Assembly (NCBI RefSeq): GCF_035084215.1
Contig: NC_090325.1
Coordinates: 127,286,001-127,350,000, forward strand
Length of the DNA stretch: 64,000 bases
Reading direction: 5' to 3'
Source of the DNA: Heptranchias perlo
Taxonomy: Eukaryota
Below, piece after piece: positions 36,648 through 46,564 of the stretch (position 1 is its first letter; each line of letters opens with the position of its first letter). Below the pieces are notes generated by a model that did no database searches, was not told where the DNA came from, and saw only the letters and a program-made list of their open reading frames with translations. The position numbers were made by a program, and so were the translations under genes.

Positions 36648-37181
36648 TTTAATTTGGCTATCAAAATAAATTGGATGAATAAATTTGCAGATGTTTGGTG
36701 TAATCAGCATAATAGACTTTGTGGATCAACTAAGGAAATTTCTGAATGAAAAATTGTTTATGCGCCGTTGCAAAAATGTAGAGTATAATGGTTCTGAATT
36801 TGTGTGGTTGTCCCAATCTTTCGCCATAATTTTGGCAGGAGATTGGCAGAATCCCTGGAAGAAGAGCGTGACAACTTTCAGCCTTTTATGCTGTTTCTCC
36901 AGGGGTTGCGCCCATCTTCCACTGAATTTACAGCAGGAGATTGGGAGAAATGTAGGGTCTATGCTCCTGAGCTCTGTGGCATATACAAAGTAATGAAATC
37001 TATGCCCTTAATAATGTATGGGGAAGGATTAATTCTAATCTAAATTATATTGTTCTGTATATTTCCAACTATAATACTGCAAAAGAAGAGTTGCTAAATT
37101 TTATACAGATATCCGGAGGCAGTTTCCTTATTTAAGTAGGCTGTATTTTAACAAATCAAAAATAAATCTCTAAAAAATCAT

Positions 37182-37409
37182 GGGCATTATTTTGACCCCG
37201 AACCGGAAAGGGGGTGGAGTGGGTCAAATTGCAGACGGGAAACCCGTACGTCCTTACGATTTTGACGAAAGGACGTCTTTTATTTTTGTGTCGGCTTGCC
37301 GTCCGACTGACCGGTCTGATTGACTGGCTGATCTCAGTCGGATGGGAGAGCAGCCAGGGAGAGGACTTGAAACAGAAGTGACCTGTTTTTCAATGTTAAA
37401 ATCATGCCC
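37182..37409. mobile_element. Internally deleted short copy of the 14806-15716 MITE
   Basis: First ~185 bp align to 14806-15005; ends aaaatcatgccc; flanks CAT / AAT. Confidence 0.8.
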
Positions 37410-38151
37410 AATGAGTTTCAACATGACATCTTTAAGCTGTCGTTTTAGATATAATTGTCAAACAAAATCTGATTCTAGGCAAACATACTCCTGTTATCCT
37501 GGTGGATATAATTGACCAATTTTAAGCAAAAACAAACAGCCACACAAAAGGGATATTATACAGCACTTTTGTTTTGGTTATGAGAAATGCAGCTAGCAAC
37601 TTAACTACCTTTATTAATTCCTCATTATTTTTGGTAATATTTTATATGTTTTTGTTTGAAACTGTTGCTTAAGACCAGTTACAGAAAAAAAAGTCCCCAA
37701 TTCCTTTTAAGGTTTTACAGATTTGATACCTACTTGTATCGGGAAATGTTGAGACAGAAGTGACCTGATCATAAACCTGTTTGTTTTTTGTTCCTCCCTT
37801 TTTTTCCTTTCTCCACTTTATTTGGAATGTGTTCCCTGTAAGGTAAGACCCTAAGCCACTAATCGGGCATTTTTGCATCTCGAAGCAATCACTGCCTGAT
37901 TGATTAATAATCCCTGCTTGCTATTTGAATTTAAATTTGACTTTTGCCTGCCGTCTATAAATTTGCCTTGGGTTTTTTCTGCCTAACTATGATTGCTTTC
38001 AGCTGCGGCAAAATTAATTTTGGCTTGTAGCAGCTCTTTAACTACTACTACTGCTGCTGCTGCAAGTTAAACAGTACTGGCTTTGCCAAAAAAATGCTTG
38101 TGACTCTTGGACATTGTGCACCTAATTATGATCTTTGTTATCAATTTACAG

Positions 38152-38192
38152 CAGCAAAGAGTTTGATGAACAAGAAGACAGATGGAGTAAAG
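38152..38192 (+). CDS. CAMK2D: CaMKII delta exon 13 linker (41 nt): (A)AKSLMNKKTDGVK, with a NAGNAG acceptor
   Basis: Acceptor tttacag|cag, donor AAG|gtaagt; homologous to the AAKSLL(N)KKxDGVK constant linker. Confidence 0.93.
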
Positions 38193-38704
38193 GTAAGTTT
38201 GAATTTAACAAAGTCACAAGTACTGACGTGCCACATTTTTTATTCTTGTGATTCTGCATTTCTCTGCTATGTTTTCCCTCTGTCTTTTTATCACTATTGA
38301 CAAACATGCAGGCTCATGTGGCTTTCATAAAAATAGCTTCCCATCCTGCACACTAATGGAGGTTTATTTTTAACCAACCCTTTTCCTTGCAGACAAGAAG
38401 TCAGATATCACTGAGGGAAGCTGTATTCCCATGCTGGTGCTAATTGAGGAGATTAGCTTTAGAAAATCCTCTTCAGTTACAAAAATAAATTCCTACAGAT
38501 TTGGATCTAACCACAGATTTTCATAGGTTCATTTAAGAAATAGCCAAAATGATTATACACCTCGGTTATGTGCGTCACTGACTTATCCAATTACCACTTA
38601 CTGGCATTTTAAATTTACTTAAACTCTATTGTGAACACTTACCTTGAATTAGCTTAGTCACCTGTGTGCTCATTTGATTTCTGCCATTTCCACTCAGAAG
38701 AATA

Positions 38705-38726
38705 TAACCCTAACACTAACCCTAAC
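38705..38726. repeat. Short (TAACCC)n-like repeat
   Basis: taaccc taacac taaccc taac. Confidence 0.5.
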
Positions 38727-40818
38727 TGTTAAAACTAGAATTGGCCAACTATTTGCAAAGATGATGTGACCACAAATATACATGATTTTTTGCATACCCT
38801 AGAAAATCAGGGTAAAATCAATAAAGGAAAGAGAAAGATCACAAAGAATGTTTTTTCCACCTGGGACTACGTGATGCTGTGTATGTATTTAATCCCACAT
38901 GAGTTTATTTTCCTCATATTGGAATCTTGACCCTAGTGCTACAAGTAAGAATTTCTGTTTGTTCAAGTTAATTCCTGAGATTTTTTGCTAGAGTAATTCT
39001 ATGGCCTGATCGATAGCAAGTACTGGTTTCAAAAATTATACCTACTGTAGAAAGGCATTTCTTTTACTATATGGTCACTCACTAATTTACATTGTGAATT
39101 TTTCCAAGCCTCCAATATACCAGCTCTCTACACTTTTGGAAAGGCTACAAAATATTGGAAGAATAAAGAAGCCTCTGGTTTGGTGCATCAATCTCATCTC
39201 ACTTTTGAAGTCCAAGTTGGAATAAGTGATATCATAGAATCATTGGCCTCAGGTCATTTTCTCCTAACATTGTTGAATTGGGATAGAGACTAGGTATTAG
39301 GACCAACCTTTACCCCCCAATATCAGTGGAACTGAATTCTTTGTATGAATTGGCACCAATTTGCACTCTGCACATTCCTTCTCCTCTTCATCCCTTTATT
39401 GTGTTTCTCCCCTCCACCTATGTTGAATTAGGCTATGGATCTGTGGTAGACATATGCTCAAAAGATTTGGAAATGAAATCCCAGAATTGTCAATGCAGTA
39501 AGCTCTGGATATGAACAAACACCAGTCATTTTGTTGAAGGAGTAAAGAAAACTCTTTTGAGCCATAAGTACCTTTGGGTATAGCATTCATTATTATGTGA
39601 TATTCCATAGCTCTTTAAGCTGCCATGTATGCCACAGAAAAGCTGCATAATCTTCATTTGTGTCTCCTGTCAACTTATCACCAAGGTGCCTATTTAGACA
39701 GCCTTTCATGCTTCGCATATTGATATTATTTGATATTAGGCTAAGAGTGACAGTCTACAAGGATACAGAGAATCTTATTTAGGGTCAAGGGAAGATTATC
39801 AGAGGAAGACTGAAGGATTGGTGATAGCAGAAGACACTGACATGATGCTGTCCAGTGTATTGAATTGAATGCATAGATGCATGTTTGCTAAGTACTTCTG
39901 ATACCTGTTGACAAAAGGATATCATGACCAACTAACTATGCTGCAAAACAAAGTTTGCAGGTCCTTTCACCTCTCAGTTGCAAATAAGATTCCTTGATAA
40001 AGGTGCCACATTTTCAGGAGTACCATCTAGGATTACAAAGTACATAAAAAGATTGTTAAATTGCCCAATCAAGGGTTTGAGACCACACTTCCTCAAGTGG
40101 GGGGTGGTACAAGTAGATGCCATGGGAACATCATCAGCATTTATCTTGAGGGTACCCTTTAAGTTTGTACTACCACTTAGCCAGATATGCTGTTCAAACT
40201 TTACTGCCTTCATGTAGACCAGCTGACATATCTAACAAGAGCCTTATAAGCTCTTAAAGGATATGACCATACCAGTCAGAGAATATTCGACAAAAACAGT
40301 CTGGAGACTTAGGGTTATAAATTAGGTATTTTGAAGGCGCTACGCGGCCTCCTAAGGTCCAAAAATGGCGTCCAGAATGTGTGCGCACGCTTCTAGCGTG
40401 ACGGGCGATGGATACCATCTTTGTAAAGGCGTTTGCGCACACGCAGATAACGAAAGATGGCACCGTGTAAAGTCGGGAGAATATGCGATAGATCAGTATA
40501 CATCGCTGATTTAAAAGGGACAGAGGAGATTTTGGAACTCAATATTCCAGCCATTGCACTGTCTTAACCACACACAGCTGAACAGGTCGTAGGCGGCCTG
40601 GAGGACCCCCCACCCCCACCCCCACCAGCGCTATTTAAAGGGATCATGCAGGTTAGTTGCTGGATTATTGCTTCTGGCTGTTGGTACAATTGTACATGTT
40701 TGTTGAAGCTTCTTATACTTGGATAAAGCTGTAATATTATATAGAGAGTGGTCTCGTAGGCCCTGCATTACTGTTGGTGGCTTTTAAAACAGTGTGCTGA
40801 ACAAGGTTTCTGCTAACC

Positions 40819-41856
40819 ATGGGTGGCCTGCTAGGGCTCCCGCTGGGCATTAAGCACGACTGGGAGCACGCAGAGCAGATCAAGCTGCGAGGAGAGGAAG
40901 GAGGCACAGGGCACTGTGCAGGAGGCCATATCCAATGAGGTCAGTCAGGGACCAATTCTCTTAACTCAACCTGAGCAAAGATCATTGCATCCGAAGGCTG
41001 CGGTTCACGAAAGAGGTCCTGACAGAATATGTCAACTGTTGCAGTCACAACTGCAGCCTCAGAGCAGGGCAAGGACAGCATTGCCTGTGACTGTGAAGGT
41101 AACTGTGGCTCTGAACTTTTATGGCTCTGGATCCTTTCAGGCCGCTGCTGGCGATATGTGCAACATCTCGCAGTTCACAGTGCACTGCTGCATAAGGGAG
41201 GTCACGGAGGCACTGTACGAGCTGTGCAACAGATTCATAACCTTCCCTCTTGACAGAGAGCAGCAGAATGAGCGAGCATGAGGGTCTGCTCGCATTGCAG
41301 GCTTCCCCATAGTGCAGGGCGACATTGACTGCATGCGTATTGCCATGTGTGCTCCACATCTTAACTCGGCCATCTTCACGAACAGAAAGGGATTCCACTC
41401 CCTCAATGTGCAGCTGGTGTGCGACCATAGGTAGTGCATCATGCAGGTTAATGCCCGCTACCCTGGCAGCAGTCATGACACCTTAATTATGCGGCAGTCC
41501 AACGTTGCACCTATCTTTCAACTGGCTCGGCAAGTCAAAGGCTGCCTACAGGGCGACAAGGGCTATTCCCTCATGAGGTTGCTCATGACTTCGGTCAGGA
41601 ACGCATGCACACGTGCAGAGCAGGCCTAGAATGAGAGCCATGTGGCCACACAAAATGTCATTGAGCACACTGTAGGCATCCTAAAGCAATGCTTCCATTG
41701 CCTAGACTGTTCTGGAGGAGTCCTGCAATACTCAGCTGAGCGGGTATCAATATTCATCGTTGTATGCTGCATGCTACACAACCTCGCCCTTATGAGAGAA
41801 CAGCCCTTGTTACCGCCTAGCCAGCAAGACCCTAAGCCAGAGGAAGAGGAGGAGCA
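40819..41856 (+). pseudogene. Harbinger transposase pseudogene (3' end deleted)
   Basis: VALNFYGSGSFQ, QGDIDCMRI, NRKGFHSLNVQLVCD, YPGSSHD, GDKGY, NVIEHTVGILKQCFHCL, CCMLHN. Confidence 0.88.
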
Positions 41857-43404
41857 GCTCTGGGCCAGGAGGGCCCGGCTTCAGCCTGCACCATCTTGGC
41901 ATGGGCTGCAGCAGTCTGGCCTGGCTGGCTGACAGGCAACAGCAAGGGCACTGTTAGAGTGACAGGGGTGGGACCAGGAATGCTGTCATCCTGAGCGAGG
42001 ACAGCAGGTTTGATTGCCATGGCACCACTGCCACTTGCATGGGGCAGTGTCTCAGCAATCCTGGTGATCTGCTGGAGAACAGATTGCTGGAGTGCTGTGA
42101 CTCCCTGGAAGCCCCGTTCCACAGTAGTACCCAGAGCCACGATAGCAGCAGTGTGAGCCTGTAACACAGCAGTCTGAGCTTCCAAAGCAGCAGTTTGAGC
42201 TCCAAATGAAGCATGTAGACCTTTGATGGCATCTGTTTGAGCTGCAATGGAAGCTGAGACATTGATCTTCAGATGCTGCATCATGGTGGGTTCCACAGGT
42301 ATGCTGATTGAGGTGACCATCCATTCCATGTGGGAAAGGATGGGCTCCAAGCTCTGCACAAAGCCCTGTGCCAAGTTGGAGCTGGACTCCTCCATGCCCC
42401 TCAACATTGTGCGCAGGCTTACTGGCAGGCTTTCCAGTGCACCAAGTATTTGGTTGTGTACGCCCATCAGCCTTCTTCTGTAGCCTGGCCCATCGAAGTC
42501 ACCATCTGACTCCTCAGCAGCAGAACTAATGAGCGGCCTCGTCCTCCGGTGAGCTGACGCCTGTGGCATCCATTCCCCCCACCTCGGACGGTGCCGGCTC
42601 CAGCTCTTGGGCACCTGCAATGACAAAGGGCCACGGGTTGAGTTGTGGAGTGGGGAGAGGAGAAATTAAGATGTACCTGCTGACACTATCTACAGCACAT
42701 GAGTCAGAAAAGATTGTGGGATGAGGGAGATGTGGGAAACGAGAAGGAGGATTACCTGTGCAGAGACCCTCAGTGTCGAGACCTCCAGCGCCGCCAGTGG
42801 CCATGGCCGCAGCGACGGCCCATCCAATGATCCTAGCACTGTCTCCTCCATGGGCGTGAGGACATGTACTCCATCCGCTCTTTCCTGCTGCCAGCTGTTA
42901 TGCGCCACCTTCTCCTACAAGACAGAGGAAAGTGTGTCAATGAGTGTCCTGCAAGATGTTTGCGTGATCTGCCTGTCACAGTTGAATACCTGTCAGTGTG
43001 TGTGACCTGAGAGTTGTGGATTGCAAGAGTAGTACTACATGAGGGTGAGATGCAGCATCCGAAGTGCAACATTACGTGTGGATGAGAAGTGTTTGTTGGT
43101 GAGTGGATGATGGAGGGTGTCTTGCGTGGAGCAGTGGTGCACTTGGTAAGATGTGTCACTTGACACTTGAATTCACTTACCTTGACCACTCATGTCAAAT
43201 CATTGAACATTTTCCTACACTGCATCCACGTGCGTGGAGGAATGCTCCTGGCATTCGCTTCCTCCCACTGCCTCCGCAGCTGGTGTCTGGAGGGTCTCCT
43301 GCCACCCTGCGGATACAGGATGGTTCTCTGTGCTCCTCCTCCACCAAGGTCTCCAGTGCATCATCAGAGTACCTCGGTGCATGCTATCTTGCAGGTCCAG
43401 TCAT
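41857..43404 (-). pseudogene. Harbinger Myb/SANT-like gene with three exons (43404-43181, 42914-42756, 42614-~41857)
   Basis: MTGPAR*HAPRYSDDALETLVEE; donors AAG|gtaagt and CAG|gtaatc, acceptors ttgtag| and ttgcag|. Confidence 0.8.
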
Positions 43405-43416
43405 TACACTTGTCTT

Positions 43417-44595
43417 CCATGGATTTTAGCAAGGCTTTTGACAAGGTCCCACATTAGCAGACTGGTCAGAAAAGCAAAAGCCCATGGGATCCAAGGGAAA
43501 GTGGCAAGTTGGATCCAGAATTGGCTCAGTGGCAGGAAGCAGAGGGTAATGGTCGACGGGTGTTTTTGTGACTCTAAGGTTTTTTCCAGTGGGGTTCCAC
43601 AGGGCTCAGTACGAGGTCCCTTGCTTTTTGAGATATATATCAATGATTTCGACTTAAATGTAGGGGGCATGATTAAGAAGTTTGAAGATGATACAAAAAT
43701 TGATTGTGTGGTTGGTAGTGAGGAGGAAAGCTGTAGACTTCAGGAAGATGTCAATGGACTGGTCAGATGGGCAGAAAAGTGGCAAATGGAGTTCAATCCA
43801 GAGAAGTGTGAGGTAATGCATTTGGGGAGGGCAAATGAGGCATGGGAATACATAATAAATGGAAGGATACTGAGAAGTGTAGAGGAACAGAGGCACCTTG
43901 GAGTCCATGTCCACAGATCCCTGAAGGTTGCAGGACAGGTAGATAAGGTGGCTAAGAAGGCATACGGGATACTTTCCTTTATTAGCCAAGGCATAGAATA
44001 TAAGAGCAGAGAGGTTATGCTAGAACTGTATAAAACACTAGTTAAGCTACAGCTAGAATACAGTGTACAATTCTGGTCGTCACATTACAGGAAAGATGTG
44101 ATTGCACTAGAGAGGGTACAGAGGAGATTTACGAGGATGTTGCCAGGACTAGAGAATTTTAAGTATGAGGAAAGATTGGGTAGACTGGGGTTGTTTTCTT
44201 TGGAGCAGAGGAGGCTGAGGGAAGATTTAATTGAGGTATATAAAATTACGAGGAGCCTAGATAGAGTGGATAGGAAAGACCTATTTTGCTTAGCAGAGAG
44301 GTCAATAATAAGGTTTGGATTTAAAGTAATTGGTAGAAGGATTAGAGTGGAATTGAGGAAAAATTTTTTCACCCAGAGGGTGGTGGGAGTCTGGAACTCA
44401 CTGCCTGAAAGGGTGGTAGAGGTAGAAACCCTCATCACATTTAAAAAGTACTTGGACATGCACTTGAAGTGCCACAACCTACAAGGCTACGGACCAAGAG
44501 CTGGAAAGTGGGATTAGGCTGGATGGCTCTTTTTCGGCAGGCACAGACATGATGGGCTGAATAGTGTCCTTCTGTGCCTTAAATTTCTATGGTTT
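43417..44595 (+). mobile_element. 5'-truncated CR1 LINE inserted just upstream of the Myb gene ATG
   Basis: MDFSKAFDKVPH, then RT open to GPRAGKWD-stop at 44517. Confidence 0.92.
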
Positions 44596-46260
44596 TATGC
44601 TTTTTCCACATTGACCATGCGTCTCCCCTATAAGAGGTGCAGGCTGCCTTTAAGTAGTTCTGGCCATGCCCCACACCAGATCCCCTGCTGGTATGTGCAG
44701 CCACTCAACAGCGCAGGTAACGTGTCGAATCTCATCTGCAAGCTGCTTCTCAACGATCGGGCGTGGGTTAATCGCACACCGCGACCCTCGTGCCCAGATT
44801 CAGGGATTATCCAATTTAAGCCCCTTACAATTTTTGTGAGGCATGAAGTACAGATTTATCTGCTAGTCTGAAGATAGTTCTGATTAAGATGTGCAGGATT
44901 CCTCCTCTTCTCCCTCGGTCCCCTCCCCTTCCCTCCCCAGCACCCCCCCCCACCCCCCGCAACAAAAAAAATTCTCCATTTTTATTGAGCCACTGTTTTC
45001 ACAGTAAGTTCTTGGGCCAGGTTGAAAATATAAGGAAGCCAAACAAGTTAAGGAGCCTGTTGTAAGGCTTTTGTCCAAAAAGAAGGTCCTGTGAGGGAGG
45101 TGGGGAAAGACTACCTGAACTTGAGTCATAAGCAAAGCTCCATTTTTTGACATGAGCCAAACTTTCTTAAGTTTCAAAATTACAAAAAAAAACGCCAAAT
45201 GTTTAGTGAGTCCAACAGTTGTGGCAGCAGTTGGAATATAGTGTAAATTAATCAGTCTACATGAAGAACAATAGCACCCCCACCTTTCAAGAAAAAATGG
45301 TCCATCTTCAACTCTGTAATGCTATTAATCCTTCTTATCAAAAAAAGTAATGAATCTATTGCCCTTCTTGACCTTATTCTTGATATAGGAAAAATAATTA
45401 TGTTTGAAGTGAAAGGAATACTTTACATGAAGTTGGATAATTGAGCTTGCCATTACATTTGATAAATGCACTAGTTAATTTTGTATAACTATAGTAAACA
45501 CCTTGACACATTAGAATATATTTAAATGTTTTCTGAAGAACTAATACTTGCATTTTCTTATGAAGCCTGTGCTCACTCTCTATGTATCGAGTCCATATAC
45601 ATTTATGCAGTCTTTTTGTGCCGTTGATATAAATATGAGAAACTACTAATTATGTGTGTATGTAATCTTTTTCTTGCTGAAAAATTTACTCAACAGAATT
45701 CCTCTTTCATTTCATCTGCTTCAACTGGCCAAGCTTCTCTCTGCATTAACCAATAATTGATTATTTTAGCATGATTTGTGTAGTATTTTTCACTTACATC
45801 ACTTCTCTGTTTATGGAACTCAATCATTTAATTATGTTGTACTGCTAAAGTCTAAGACTTGATTGTGTTTGTTTGTTTTACTAATTTGTGTTTCTTACAG
45901 ATAAGTTGCTTAAACCCTTGCCTTTGGTTCCTGTTATGTATATCAGAGATTTAAGTTTCTTTGCATTTAAACATCTAACTGGGAAATAGTTTTTAAGATT
46001 ATATGTTACTTATACACAATGGGATGATAGTGTCAAGTTATAAATACGTTTTTGAATTTGAGGCATACAAAATAATAATGAGTTGCATTCAGAGGTATCA
46101 CCATTACATCATTTTTATTATAAGCTGTTAGCAGGACTAAGTTCTAACTTGCTTAATTTATGTCTGTATTAATAACTCAGGACCTGCATTGCAAATCTCC
46201 CTCTCAAATCTGGTGTATCAGTTGTATCCAGTGTTTACATATGTTCTGTAAATTCAGTTT

Positions 46261-46562
46261 AATTACATTAGTGTAGAAATTACCTCCATACTTCAGTGGC
46301 AGATATATCACCAAAGCTGTACTTGAACAGAAGATTTCTCAATAGATGGGTAACACACTATAAGCAGTGATGGTGCTGTTGCTTTAGCAACTTCGAATCA
46401 TTGGACTTTACAGCATAGAAGGAGGCCATTCGGCCAATTGTAATTGTGCCGGCTCTCTTTTATAAAAAAAAAAGCTCTCCATTTAGTCCCATTCCTCTGC
46501 TGTTTCTTCATACACTTTAAAAATGTTCTTTTTCAAAGATTGCATTTTAATGTAAAGAAACA
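46261..46562 (+). repeat. Inverted duplication, arm 1 (~300 bp)
   Basis: Reverse complement of 48061-48360; differs by one substitution and in the A/T run. Confidence 0.95.
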
Positions 46563-46564
46563 TC

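Larger units (their letters stand above)
40312..44824 (+). mobile_element. PIF/Harbinger transposon copy 2 with TTA TSD, interrupted by CR1
   Basis: TTA at 40309-40311 and 44825-44827; TIR gggttataaattag / ccaatttaagcccc. Confidence 0.9.

Noticed and set aside
43234-44517. 427-aa ORF as a novel Harbinger-RT fusion protein
   Set aside because: The N-terminus is antisense Myb exon sequence that happens to be open into a truncated CR1 RT; the DFSKAFD motif is in another frame.
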